IMG/VR virus record: IMGVR_UViG_3300031519_007812
Location: 1-37,849 of that record
Reading direction: 5' to 3' (one strand)
Source of the DNA: a virus
Taxonomy: Duplodnaviria; Caudoviricetes
DNA length: 37,849 nt
In this document: piece by piece, positions 25,968 to 35,495 of the stretch
How positions within the stretch are numbered: the first letter of the stretch is position 1
Layout: each line of letters begins with the position of its first letter
The notes under the pieces: model-generated
Database searches by the model: none
What the model was told of the DNA's origin: nothing
The model's input: the letters and a program-made list of their open reading frames with translations, nothing else
Made by a program: the position numbers and the translations under genes

Positions 25968-26938
25968 GGATTTTTCAAAACGAGTTTTTTAATAAAGAAC
26001 TAATAGATATAGTTCAGGTATTTGATACTTGCGAGCTTGGTTTTGGAAAAAATGTTCCTTTGTTAGAGGATAAGTTTGAGTCATTTTCAAATAAAAAATA
26101 TAATGTAGCTACGAACTCTGCAAGTGCCGCAGCTTTTGTTCTTTTTTCATACTTGAAAGAAGTTTATGGAGAATGTGATGTATATGTACCGTCTTTAACG
26201 TTTAACTCTCCAGTTTGGGCTGCTCAACATCACGGTCACAATATAATTTTCGTAGATGTTCAAGATGATGCCAACTTTTCTTTTCAAGATTATCTTTCAG
26301 TAAGACGGTCTAATGGATCATTATGCAAACCTGTTGTAATGCCAACGCTTTATAGCGGAGTTTCTACTATACAAAATATTGACTTGGTTGGAGATGAAAT
26401 TTTAGTAGTTGACTCTGCCCACTGCATTACTCCGACGATAAAGTGCGATTTTATCTTTTTTTCTTTTCATCCCCAAAAACCGATTTGTTCCTCTGATGGT
26501 GGCATGTTATCATGCGATAATGAGTCTGCCTACCATTACTTTAATAGTTATAGAGATTTTGGTAGACAAAATTCATCTTCTAGCTACGACATAAATCAAA
26601 ATGGCTTCAAGTTTTATATGAACAACTTGAACGCTACCATAGCTTTATCGCAATTAAACAAACAGGCTTCCAAAATTAAAGAAAGGAAAGCTAGATATGA
26701 GAAGCTAAAAATTGATTTCGGACAACAGCTAAGTATTCACGACAATAACTCTTCTTATTATTTTGCGACCTTGATTTCTGAAAAATCAAAAGAGATTAAC
26801 AAGATCAATAAACTTCAAAAGCTTTATCCGCCCCTACATAATACTTCTTTTTATAAGAGATTTAAGATCAGAGAATTGCCAAATACAGAAAGAATTTACG
26901 AAAAGCTTTGTAACATTCCTTTGTCTCATTCGTTATGA
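25964..26938 (+). CDS. DegT/DnrJ/PseC-family PLP-dependent sugar aminotransferase
   Basis: NSAS, PSLTF, DSAH and SFHPQKPI...DGGM (PLP lysine). Confidence 0.88.
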   Translation: MRIFQNEFFNKELIDIVQVFDTCELGFGKNVPLLEDKFESFSNKKYNVATNSASAAAFVLFSYLKEVYGECDVYVPSLTFNSPVWAAQHHGHNIIFVDVQDDANFSFQDYLSVRRSNGSLCKPVVMPTLYSGVSTIQNIDLVGDEILVVDSAHCITPTIKCDFIFFSFHPQKPICSSDGGMLSCDNESAYHYFNSYRDFGRQNSSSSYDINQNGFKFYMNNLNATIALSQLNKQASKIKERKARYEKLKIDFGQQLSIHDNNSSYYFATLISEKSKEINKINKLQKLYPPLHNTSFYKRFKIRELPNTERIYEKLCNIPLSHSL

Positions 26939-27921
26939 AAACATTTGTTATAGCAGAAGCTGGAGCTAACCATGACAGAAGCTTTGATCAAGCTATCAAA
27001 TTAATTAATCTAGCTAAAGAGGTCGGATCAACCGCTGTCAAGTTTCAGACTTATTCTTCCGAGACTCTTTATTGCAAAAATACTTCAGACTTTGCTGGGT
27101 ACAAAAACGTAAACAAATTAATTAAAGACATTGAGCTTCCTAGAGAGTGGCAAAAAGATTTAAAAAAATATTGCGACGATCAAAATATAGAGTTTATGTC
27201 TACCCCCTTTGATGAAAAGGCTGTAGAAGAGCTTGTAGATATTGGAGTTAAAAGACTTAAAATATCTGGATTTGAATCGACAGACTTTAGGTTTGTTGAA
27301 ATGGTAGCTTCAGCAAAGCTACCATTAATTGTTTCCGTTGGAATAGGCTTTAGAGACGAGTATCTTACTAAACTTTTAGATATTTGCACAAAGCACACAG
27401 AAGACATTACTTTACTGCACTGTAATAACGCTTACCCAACCCCAATCGACCAATCAAACATCAATAATATTCCTTGGCTCAGAAGATCTTCCGCTCACAA
27501 AGGAGCTAAAGTGGGCTTCTCTGATCATACTTTGTCAACGCTAACTCCAGCTTTTGCCGTAGTGAAAGGGGCAACAACGATTGAAAAACACTTTACCTTA
27601 GACAGATCATTGAAAGGTCCAGATCACCCATTTGCAGTTGAACCCGAAGAACTTCGGCAAATGGTTTTAAACATTTTAGAGGCAGAAAAGGCTCTTACCA
27701 ATTTATCTGCAAATAAACTTTCCAAATCTGAAGAATCTTTTCAATTCGCAAGAAGATCTGTGGTTGCTAAAACCAAGATAAAAAAAGGAGAAGTTTTAAC
27801 AGAGAATAATATTACCACAAAAAGACCTTATGATCCTGTTTTGTCTATTGCAGCGTCAGAGTTTGAAAATGTTTTAAATAGAACTTCTGCAAGAGATTAC
27901 GAGCAAGACGAAATGATATGA
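26935..27921 (+). CDS. neuB: Nonulosonate synthase (NeuB/PseI family) with SAF domain
   Basis: IAEAGANH, VKFQ, STPFD, HC..AYP, GFSDHT, EKHFTL..GPDH and RRS. Confidence 0.92.
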   Translation: MKTFVIAEAGANHDRSFDQAIKLINLAKEVGSTAVKFQTYSSETLYCKNTSDFAGYKNVNKLIKDIELPREWQKDLKKYCDDQNIEFMSTPFDEKAVEELVDIGVKRLKISGFESTDFRFVEMVASAKLPLIVSVGIGFRDEYLTKLLDICTKHTEDITLLHCNNAYPTPIDQSNINNIPWLRRSSAHKGAKVGFSDHTLSTLTPAFAVVKGATTIEKHFTLDRSLKGPDHPFAVEPEELRQMVLNILEAEKALTNLSANKLSKSEESFQFARRSVVAKTKIKKGEVLTENNITTKRPYDPVLSIAASEFENVLNRTSARDYEQDEMI

Positions 27922-28544
27922 AAATCCTACGTCTTGTCTCTGAAAAATATAATATTTTAACTTTTTTAAAGCAGTACGGATTGGCAGCGATTGAACGAAT
28001 GAAGAATCCCACAGTTTCTAAAAAAATACATCTAAAAAGAGTAGAAAAAAAAGATTTAGAGCAGTTAAGGCTCTGGAGAAATGAACCCGATCTTAGAAAA
28101 TACTTTAGAGAGCATAAGGATATCACCGAGACAGATCAGCTAAACTGGTACGAATCTAAAGTTTTAAACGATCCAAATCAATACAACTTTTCTATTTTTG
28201 CTAAAGACAAGCTTATAGGGCATTGTGGGCTGTATTATATTAATTGGATCAATAGGTCAGCGGAGTTTGGCATATATATTGGCGACAGAGATTATAGAAA
28301 TGGTGGATATGGCTCAGAATCTTTAAGAGCTTTGATAAAGTTTGGGTTCGAAGACTTAAACTTAAATAAAATTTGGTGCGAAGTTTATAGCAATAATAAG
28401 TCGATTCGCGTTTATAAACATTTAGGATTCGTATACGAAGGGACTTTGAGAGACACCTATTTTAATGAAGGTAGGTATTGGGATTCTGACATGTTGAGTT
28501 TGTTAAAAAAAGAGTATGAAATGTTGCAAACAAATCAAGCCTAA
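27918..28544 (+). CDS. PseH-like GNAT N-acetyltransferase
   Basis: LRLWRN, AEFGIYIG, R.GGYG, LNLNKI..EV...N and Y..LGF..EG. The start may be the later MKNPT. Confidence 0.8.
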   Translation: MKILRLVSEKYNILTFLKQYGLAAIERMKNPTVSKKIHLKRVEKKDLEQLRLWRNEPDLRKYFREHKDITETDQLNWYESKVLNDPNQYNFSIFAKDKLIGHCGLYYINWINRSAEFGIYIGDRDYRNGGYGSESLRALIKFGFEDLNLNKIWCEVYSNNKSIRVYKHLGFVYEGTLRDTYFNEGRYWDSDMLSLLKKEYEMLQTNQA

Positions 28545-29250
28545 GTCTATCAACCACAAGAACTTGAATGAAATTTGTTTAATTGTTCAGGCTAGGCTTG
28601 GCTCACAAAGAGTTCCTCGCAAAATGATTAAACCGTTCGCTGGAACCACTTTGGTAGATATACTTTTTAAAAAGCTTAAAAGTTTAAAAAATATTCCCAC
28701 CAAAAATATTTATTTTTCTGCTTATGAAGACGAGCTAAAACAAATAGCTGAAAACCATCACATAAATATCTTTCACAGATCAGAGCAGTCTGCGAAATCC
28801 GAAGGAGACCCTTTATCAGAGATATATGAGTGGTATAACAAGCTTCCTTTCAAATACGTAGTCCTTGTAAGTGCCTGCAACCCGCTCTTAAAAGCTGAAA
28901 CGATAGACGACTTTATAGACAATTACGCAAAATCAGACAAGAATGGGGGCTTCGCAGTTTTCGAGAAAAAGACTTACTATTGGGACAAAAACTCAAAACC
29001 GATCTCTGACTGGAAAGGCAGAACAACAATGAACACTAAATTCGCTGAGCCAACCTACGAAGCAGCACATTGTTTGTATGCAAGCGAAATGAGTGGTATC
29101 GAAAATGGAGTTTGGATGGATGATAAATCTCCACCGCAACCAGAGCTTTTCGTAATGAACGAGCTGGAAGCTTTTGATATTGATTATCAATGGCAATTTG
29201 ATACAGCAGAAGCAATTTACAAAAACAAAGAGAACAATAATTTAATATGA
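28516..29250 (+). CDS. CMP-nonulosonate synthetase (NeuA/PseF/SpsF-like cytidylyltransferase)
   Basis: QARLGSQRVPRK and EAFDID...F..AE. Confidence 0.85.
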   Translation: MKCCKQIKPKSINHKNLNEICLIVQARLGSQRVPRKMIKPFAGTTLVDILFKKLKSLKNIPTKNIYFSAYEDELKQIAENHHINIFHRSEQSAKSEGDPLSEIYEWYNKLPFKYVVLVSACNPLLKAETIDDFIDNYAKSDKNGGFAVFEKKTYYWDKNSKPISDWKGRTTMNTKFAEPTYEAAHCLYASEMSGIENGVWMDDKSPPQPELFVMNELEAFDIDYQWQFDTAEAIYKNKENNNLI

Positions 29251-30290
29251 AGAAAATAATCATCACAGGAATTTTAGGGCAAGACGGGGCTAATATGGCA
29301 GAGTATCTTCTGTCTTTGTACGACGAATTATGCGAAGAATACGATTATGAAATTTATGGTATGATGCGTAGATCTGCCAATCCAAACTTCAAAAACATTG
29401 AAAAAATTAAAAATCATCCAAGATTCAACTTACAATTCCTTGATCTTGGTGATACGGCGAGCATTGATTCAACAGTAAAAGAAGTCGAACCAGATTACTT
29501 TATTAATTTCGCCGCGAACAGCTTCGTTGGTATTAGCTGGAAAATGCCAGAACAAGTTATGGACGCGAATACTCTTGGCGTTTTGCGTTGTCTTGAGGCT
29601 GTTCGTAAATTCAAACCAGACTGTCGATTCTATAGCGCAGGGTCTAGCGAGGAATGGGGTGACGTTGATTACAGTCCTCAAGACATCGACCATCCAATTA
29701 AACCTCGCAGTCCGTACGGAGCTTCAAAAGCAGCGGCAAGGCATCTCGTAAAGGTTTACAGAGAATCTTATGATATGTATGCTATTCACGGTATTCTTTT
29801 TAATCATGAAGGAACGAAGCGTGGAGAAGAGTTCGTAACTAGGAAGATCTCAAAAGGAGTAGCTAGAATCAAATACGAAGGAGAGGCTTCAGATCCCATT
29901 GAGCTTGGAAATATTAACGCCAAAAGAGACTGGTCAGATTCCAGAGACTTTGTAGAAGGCATTTGGTTGATGATTAACCAAGACTCTCCAAAAGATTATA
30001 TTCTTTCTAGTGGAGAAACTCATAGCATCAGAGAGTTTGTTGAAAAAGCTTTTGCTGTCGCAGGAATTAACGGATCTTGGCATGGACAAGGTCTTGACGA
30101 GGTTTTTGTAGATGGAGACCAAGTCTTGGTGAGAATAAATCCAGAATTTTATAGGCCAGCAGAAGTTGATCTTCTTTTAGGAGACTCTACTCCAATTCGT
30201 GAAGAACTTGGGTGGAAACCAAAAATTTCATTTGACAAATTGGTAGAGTCTATGGTACAGTATGACATAGATGAAGCCAGACGCAACTAA
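29247..30290 (+). CDS. gmd: GDP-mannose 4,6-dehydratase
   Basis: TGILGQDG, PRSPYGASK, GILFNHE..RGEEFVTRKI, RDW and YRPAEVDLLLGD. Confidence 0.96.
   Translation: MKKIIITGILGQDGANMAEYLLSLYDELCEEYDYEIYGMMRRSANPNFKNIEKIKNHPRFNLQFLDLGDTASIDSTVKEVEPDYFINFAANSFVGISWKMPEQVMDANTLGVLRCLEAVRKFKPDCRFYSAGSSEEWGDVDYSPQDIDHPIKPRSPYGASKAAARHLVKVYRESYDMYAIHGILFNHEGTKRGEEFVTRKISKGVARIKYEGEASDPIELGNINAKRDWSDSRDFVEGIWLMINQDSPKDYILSSGETHSIREFVEKAFAVAGINGSWHGQGLDEVFVDGDQVLVRINPEFYRPAEVDLLLGDSTPIREELGWKPKISFDKLVESMVQYDIDEARRN
30232..30261 (+). promoter_or_regulatory. Putative promoter inside the gmd 3' end
   Basis: TTGACA-18nt-TACAGT with an extended -10 TG, ending 9 nt before the ATG at 30271. Confidence 0.5.
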
Positions 30291-30615
30291 ATGTCAACTT
30301 TTAGTTGAATCAATGTTGGAGGGTCAAAAGATTATTTGGCCCGTCCAAATCCCCGTAGCGCAAAAGCTTATTAGTTTTTGCGATGACTTATCTTTTTGGC
30401 TAAAAGTCAAAAACGATCTGGATATTCGAATATATTCTCTCAAGCTTTTTCTTTCTGTCCCAATGAAGAAAAAGCTTAAAGAGGAGAAGAGAAAGTTTTT
30501 TCTTGACAAAAAGCCAAAGGAGGAGCATACTCTACAGCAAGACAAAATAGGCGAAGACGCAGAGAAAAAGAAAAAGAAAATTAAAACTTTAAAGGATTTT
30601 TTAAAAAATGGGTAG
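30271..30615 (+). CDS. Hypothetical basic protein
   Basis: 114-aa ORF overlapping gmd and recA. Confidence 0.7.
   Translation: MKPDATKCQLLVESMLEGQKIIWPVQIPVAQKLISFCDDLSFWLKVKNDLDIRIYSLKLFLSVPMKKKLKEEKRKFFLDKKPKEEHTLQQDKIGEDAEKKKKKIKTLKDFLKNG
30503..30531 (+). promoter_or_regulatory. Putative promoter for the recA block
   Basis: TTGACA-17nt-CATACT inside the upstream gene. Confidence 0.5.
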
Positions 30616-31705
30616 AAAAAAGAAAGAAACTCAGGAAGGTGGGCTTACTACAATAGGTCAACTCGAAGCCTATCTAAAAGAAACTAAGGATGATCATTAC
30701 AACTATTCCGAAAATGTGAGCTATAAAGTTAAAAGCGGAAGTCTGATTTTAGACGTAGCAACAGGTGGGGGAATTGGTCCCGGCTTGGTTAGAGCGACAG
30801 GGGTAAGCGGTGGTGGTAAAACTAGCTGTGGCCTTGCTGTTGCTAGAAATTTTCAGCAAACTGTAGAAAATTCCATGATCATCTACATCAAAGCTGAAGG
30901 TCGCCTATCTGACGACATGATTGCTAGAGCAGGGATTGACACAAGCCCAGAAAAGTGGTTTGTATACAAGTCAAATATCTTTGAGCCTGTTATGCATTTG
31001 ATCAGTATTCTTATCAAGAACAATCTAGAAAATAAAAAGTATTTTTTTGTTATTGATTCTATGGATGGACTTATTCGTAAAAGAGAAATGGCTAAGTCTT
31101 ACGATGAATCTCAGCAAGTTGGCGGAGGAGCAACAATTACTTCGACCTTCTTGAAAAAGATGAACTTAGCGATCACAGAAGGTGGACATATTTGTTGGAT
31201 GATTAGTCAGGTGAGAGCAACTATCAAAGCTGACCCAAGGCAAAGGCTGGATCATAGACTAACTAACGCTTCAGGAGGTAATGCAGCTACTCACTTTGCC
31301 AACTGGATCTTTGAGTTTCAGCCGACTTACAAAGATGATAAAATCATAAGGAAAATAAAGGGAGAAGATAAAATTGTGGGACATTGGGCAAAGATTGCCT
31401 TCCAAAAAACAGAAAATGAAACAGCAGGAGAAGTTGTTAAGTATCCAATCTGTCATGGCAGAACCCACGGTGAAAGCATATGGGTTGAATACGAAGTCTT
31501 TGATTTGCTTTTGGCTTGGGATATGCTGAAAAAGGCTGGAGCTTGGTTTTCTCCAACTCAGCCTTTGACAGAGTTGATGCAGGAGCATAGTTTAGAGTTC
31601 CCAGAGACGCTTCAAGGAGAAGCAACAGTTCTTTCTTATCTGCAAGAAAATAAGAATGTAACAAGTGTTCTAGCCGAGCATTTTAAAGAAATTCTTTTAC
31701 CGTGA
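30608..31705 (+). CDS. recA: RecA/UvsX recombinase
   Basis: SGSLILD...GGG, Walker A GVSGGGKTS, VIDS, SQVR, SGGNA and KAGAWF. Confidence 0.9.
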   Translation: MGRKKKETQEGGLTTIGQLEAYLKETKDDHYNYSENVSYKVKSGSLILDVATGGGIGPGLVRATGVSGGGKTSCGLAVARNFQQTVENSMIIYIKAEGRLSDDMIARAGIDTSPEKWFVYKSNIFEPVMHLISILIKNNLENKKYFFVIDSMDGLIRKREMAKSYDESQQVGGGATITSTFLKKMNLAITEGGHICWMISQVRATIKADPRQRLDHRLTNASGGNAATHFANWIFEFQPTYKDDKIIRKIKGEDKIVGHWAKIAFQKTENETAGEVVKYPICHGRTHGESIWVEYEVFDLLLAWDMLKKAGAWFSPTQPLTELMQEHSLEFPETLQGEATVLSYLQENKNVTSVLAEHFKEILLP

Positions 31706-32121
31706 GATTAAAAAATATATATGGCCGCTATGTAAATAAAAATGTTGAAAAATACAGAATAGATTGGGAAAAGAAATCAAGAAGTAAAGTCCAATTTAAG
31801 ACCAAGGAATTCCTCAAGCAGTACTGGCAGAATGATATTGTTTATGAGGAATTTCCAGTTTACGGCACTAGAATGAAGGTCGATATTGTTAATATGACCA
31901 AAAAGATTGCCATTGAAGTTCAAGGTAATCAACACTACAGTTTCAATAAACATTTTCATAAAAATTCCCGATTAAAATACTTGGCTTCTCTCAAAAGGGA
32001 TGTTAAAAAGCTTGAGTGGTTAGAGCTAAATGATTTCATAGTAGCTGAAATTACAGAAGACGAAACCAAAAACCTCTCACGTAAACTGTTTGAAGAAAGC
32101 TTCGGTATAAACCTTTATTAA
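31702..32121 (+). CDS. Vsr/DUF559-like PD-(D/E)XK endonuclease
   Basis: VYEEFP, VD.....IAIEVQG.QH and RD..K. Confidence 0.75.
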   Translation: MRLKNIYGRYVNKNVEKYRIDWEKKSRSKVQFKTKEFLKQYWQNDIVYEEFPVYGTRMKVDIVNMTKKIAIEVQGNQHYSFNKHFHKNSRLKYLASLKRDVKKLEWLELNDFIVAEITEDETKNLSRKLFEESFGINLY

Positions 32122-32122
32122 G

Positions 32123-33598
32123 ATGATTTATTCTCTAGAGATAGAAAGACATGTTTTGGGTGGCATTTTAAAGCATCCAGATATCTTTCCAGAAATTGAA
32201 AGATTTGTAACTCTAAACGATTTTTATAATGAAATAAATTCTGCCATTTTTTCCGTTCTACGCAATCTTATTCTCTCTGATAAGTATGTTGATAAGATTA
32301 TTGTAGCTCAAGCTATTAAGAATCTTGGAATTCATTTTAATGAAGATATCAACATCTTCGACTACATAGAGTCAATATCCTTCACCCAAATCAACAGAAA
32401 AGGAGCCGTAGAGGCTTCTAAAGAGTTGGTCAAATTTAGAATCAGAAGAGAAATCTACGAGGTAGCAAAAGAAGTAGGGCAATACGTAAAAAAGACTGAC
32501 GAAAAAGACGTTGATAAAATTATTTCTCATACTGATGCAGTTTATAATTCAAAAATCCGTTCTTATGATTTTGAAGACGAGCCAGTAGACGCTTTTGAAG
32601 GTCTTTGTGACATGGTCGAAGAAAGAGGGGACAATCCTCAAGAAGACACAGGGATTGAAACTCCATTCCGACATTTTAATGAAATGTTTGGAGGTTTGAG
32701 GCCGAAGAATATTTATGCAGTAGTAGCAAGGCCGGGGCAAGGCAAAAGTACATTTCTTTCTTGCATGGGATACGGTGTTGCTCAAAAGAACAACGTCAAG
32801 TGCGTGTATCTAGACACTGAAATGTCAACTGAAGAACAGCAGTTCAGGCTTGCTGCAAGTATAACTGGAGTACCCCTGTGGCATATTGAGACTGGCAACT
32901 GGAGAAGAAATCCAGAATTTGTAGAAAAAATAAGAGACGGACTTTCTTCTATCAAAGACTCTGGGTTTTATCATCTCCATGTTGGAAATAAAAATATTGA
33001 CCAGCTTTGTTCGCTGGTTCGTCGCTGGTATTATAAAAATGTAAAGCGTGGAAACAAATGCTGCATTTTTTATGATTATGTAAAGCTAACTGGAGAAAAT
33101 GTAGGTCAAAATTGGGCAGAGCATCAGGCTATTGGCGAAAAGATAGATAAATTAAAAAAACTTTCCGAAGAACTAGATTGCCCGATCTTCACTGCCATGC
33201 AGATGAATCGTTCTGGAGAAAACCAGAACAGGTCCACAGGTCAATTCTCAGACGACTCTTCGGCTATTGCACTATCTGATCGTCTACAGTGGTTTGCGAG
33301 CTTTGTAGCCATCTTCAGGCGCAAAACACTAGAAGAAATGGACGAGGATGGTGATTTCGGCACCCATAAGCTGATCCCAATCAAAACAAGGTGGCAAGGC
33401 AGGGGGGCTGCTGGTCACCATGACCGTATCAGAAGAACTTTCCAAGACGGAACTCAACAATGGGTAAGCAATTATCTTAGCTACGACGTTAGAAACTTCG
33501 ATGTCGAAGAAAGGGGATCTTTAGAAGACGTTATCAGCGCACAAGAGGAGCATCACAACATAGATGATCAAAGCTCAAACGATGGAGATATACTTTAA
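32123..33598 (+). CDS. dnaB: Replicative DNA helicase
   Basis: E..VLG.I N-terminus, GGLRP, ARPGQGKST, EM, DY and QMNR. Confidence 0.95.
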   Translation: MIYSLEIERHVLGGILKHPDIFPEIERFVTLNDFYNEINSAIFSVLRNLILSDKYVDKIIVAQAIKNLGIHFNEDINIFDYIESISFTQINRKGAVEASKELVKFRIRREIYEVAKEVGQYVKKTDEKDVDKIISHTDAVYNSKIRSYDFEDEPVDAFEGLCDMVEERGDNPQEDTGIETPFRHFNEMFGGLRPKNIYAVVARPGQGKSTFLSCMGYGVAQKNNVKCVYLDTEMSTEEQQFRLAASITGVPLWHIETGNWRRNPEFVEKIRDGLSSIKDSGFYHLHVGNKNIDQLCSLVRRWYYKNVKRGNKCCIFYDYVKLTGENVGQNWAEHQAIGEKIDKLKKLSEELDCPIFTAMQMNRSGENQNRSTGQFSDDSSAIALSDRLQWFASFVAIFRRKTLEEMDEDGDFGTHKLIPIKTRWQGRGAAGHHDRIRRTFQDGTQQWVSNYLSYDVRNFDVEERGSLEDVISAQEEHHNIDDQSSNDGDIL

Positions 33599-34485
33599 TG
33601 GATCTCAAAGAAGTCTTAGTTGAATTGGGTTATTGCAATATTACCGACAACGGTAAAGAGTATAGAATGCGTCCGATTTATAGAGACAGCAACAATAATA
33701 CTAGTCTTTGTGTAAAAAAAGATACGGGCAGATTCTTCGATTTTAGTGCGGGTGTAACTGGTAAATTTGAAGAGCTAGTTAAAATAAGTTTAAATTTGTC
33801 AAGCATTCAAGAGGCTGAGAAGCATCTACAAGACAAAGATTTTTCAACTAAGAGTTTGGTTTGTAAGCCAAAAATCAAGCAGCCTAAGAAGCTAGACCAG
33901 TCTATTCTCTCCGAAATCGAGTCTGATCATACATATTGGATAAATAGGGGGATTTCAGAAGAAACTTTAAAAGTGTTTAATGGTGGCGTAATTAAAAGTG
34001 GAAGAATGAAAAACAGATACGTTTTTCCTATTTTTAATTCCAAAAACCAACTTGTTGGACTAAGCGGAAGATCTCTTGATAAAAATCCTAAAATTAAATG
34101 GAAACATTGGGGAACCAAAGATGAATGGAAGTATCCTGCCTATTTTAACGCCCAACATTTAGAAAATGCAGAATCATGCTATTTAGTAGAAAGCGTAGGA
34201 GATATGTTAAAACTTTGGGATGCCGGATACAAAAGCTCTATAGTTTTGTTTGGTCTCAATCTGTCTACTTCGGTATTAAACACCCTAATCAAGTGCAATC
34301 CAAAAAAGATTCTAATTTGCACCAACAACGACTCTCATAAAGATGTGAATTCAGGCTCAGAGTCCGCTTCTAAAATTCAAAACAAGCTTTTAAAATTCTT
34401 CAACAAAAAAAGAGTAGAAATCAAATTGCCTCCAAAAAATGACTTTGGAGAAATGACGGTTTCTGATATAAAATCATTTTTATAA
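33598..34485 (+). CDS. dnaG: DNA primase (Toprim)
   Basis: Y...RGI, R.VFPI.....VG.SGR, LVES..D, NND and P..NDF. It follows dnaB. Confidence 0.85.
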   Translation: MDLKEVLVELGYCNITDNGKEYRMRPIYRDSNNNTSLCVKKDTGRFFDFSAGVTGKFEELVKISLNLSSIQEAEKHLQDKDFSTKSLVCKPKIKQPKKLDQSILSEIESDHTYWINRGISEETLKVFNGGVIKSGRMKNRYVFPIFNSKNQLVGLSGRSLDKNPKIKWKHWGTKDEWKYPAYFNAQHLENAESCYLVESVGDMLKLWDAGYKSSIVLFGLNLSTSVLNTLIKCNPKKILICTNNDSHKDVNSGSESASKIQNKLLKFFNKKRVEIKLPPKNDFGEMTVSDIKSFL

Positions 34486-35495
34486 TGTCAGATAAAAAAT
34501 ATCTATCAGCCTCTAGAATCAAAACCTTAGAAGGCTGTTCTTGGCTTTATTGGTGCAATTACCATTTAAAGGTTCATCAAGAATCCAACTCTGGAGCGCA
34601 ACGTGGAACTATTGTCCATCTTGTGCTTGAAGTGCTTTTAAATCCAAGAAGAAAAAAGTATGTTACAAAATTAAAGAAAAAAAATACTATTGAATCTATT
34701 CCTAGTATAGAAAAGCTTGTTAGAAAACATGTTGATAAAGAGGGACTGACGGAAGAAGATTATACAATGTGCGACGAAATGATACTTGTTGGTTTGAACA
34801 ATGAGTTTTTCGGTAAAAGAGGCGCAAAGCAAGTAGACCCAGAACTTGAATTCAATTTTAAAAATGAATCCCCACGTTATAACATTCGTGGTTTCATTGA
34901 CAAGTTTATTGAGTATAAGAGCAAGTTTGAGATTCACGACTATAAAAGTAGCAAGCAAAAATTCAAAGGAGAGGAGCTTGACTCAAATATTCAGGCAATG
35001 ATGTACTCTCTTGTGGCTAAAAAAATGAAGCCAGAGCTAGACGCCTTGGTTAAATTCATTTTTCTTAGATTTCCAAAGCAGCCAATTCAAGAAGTTCAAT
35101 TTGATGAAGAAACTTTGGAGGGGTTTGAGTACTATCTAGAGCATTTGAACAATGTGATTGATAATTTTTCTGAAGACGATGCAGGTTCAGATTTCGCAGC
35201 AGATAAAAACATGCCAAAGAAAGGTTTTAGTGGTCCGTTACTGTGTGGGTTCGCTAAAAAACCGGGACAATTAAAAAAGGATGGAACCCTAATGTGGCAC
35301 TGTCCTTACAAGTTTGCTTTTGATTACTATGAAAAATTAGACGATCAAGGCAATATAATAGGCACTTCCAAAAATGAACCCAAAGGTAAATTTAATAAAA
35401 AATCTTATTCTGGATGCCCGAGACATGCACAAACAAAAAGCGAAGATCCTTTCAACTTCGCTTGCAAGAAAGACAAAGACCCTTTTGATTTATGA
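34485..35495 (+). CDS. PD-(D/E)XK exonuclease, Cas4/AddB/RecB-like
   Basis: LSASRI...C, GT.VH..LE, RGFID, DYKSS, Q..MY and C-terminal cysteines. Confidence 0.85.
   Translation: MSDKKYLSASRIKTLEGCSWLYWCNYHLKVHQESNSGAQRGTIVHLVLEVLLNPRRKKYVTKLKKKNTIESIPSIEKLVRKHVDKEGLTEEDYTMCDEMILVGLNNEFFGKRGAKQVDPELEFNFKNESPRYNIRGFIDKFIEYKSKFEIHDYKSSKQKFKGEELDSNIQAMMYSLVAKKMKPELDALVKFIFLRFPKQPIQEVQFDEETLEGFEYYLEHLNNVIDNFSEDDAGSDFAADKNMPKKGFSGPLLCGFAKKPGQLKKDGTLMWHCPYKFAFDYYEKLDDQGNIIGTSKNEPKGKFNKKSYSGCPRHAQTKSEDPFNFACKKDKDPFDL

Noticed and set aside
21523-33598. Inteins or introns in nrdJ, recA or dnaB
   Set aside because: Protein lengths are ordinary and the motifs are contiguous, with no intein termini or LAGLIDADG blocks noticed.
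34485-35495. CRISPR-Cas system suggested by the Cas4-like nuclease
   Set aside because: I saw no repeat-spacer array or other cas genes, and the context is replication/recombination.
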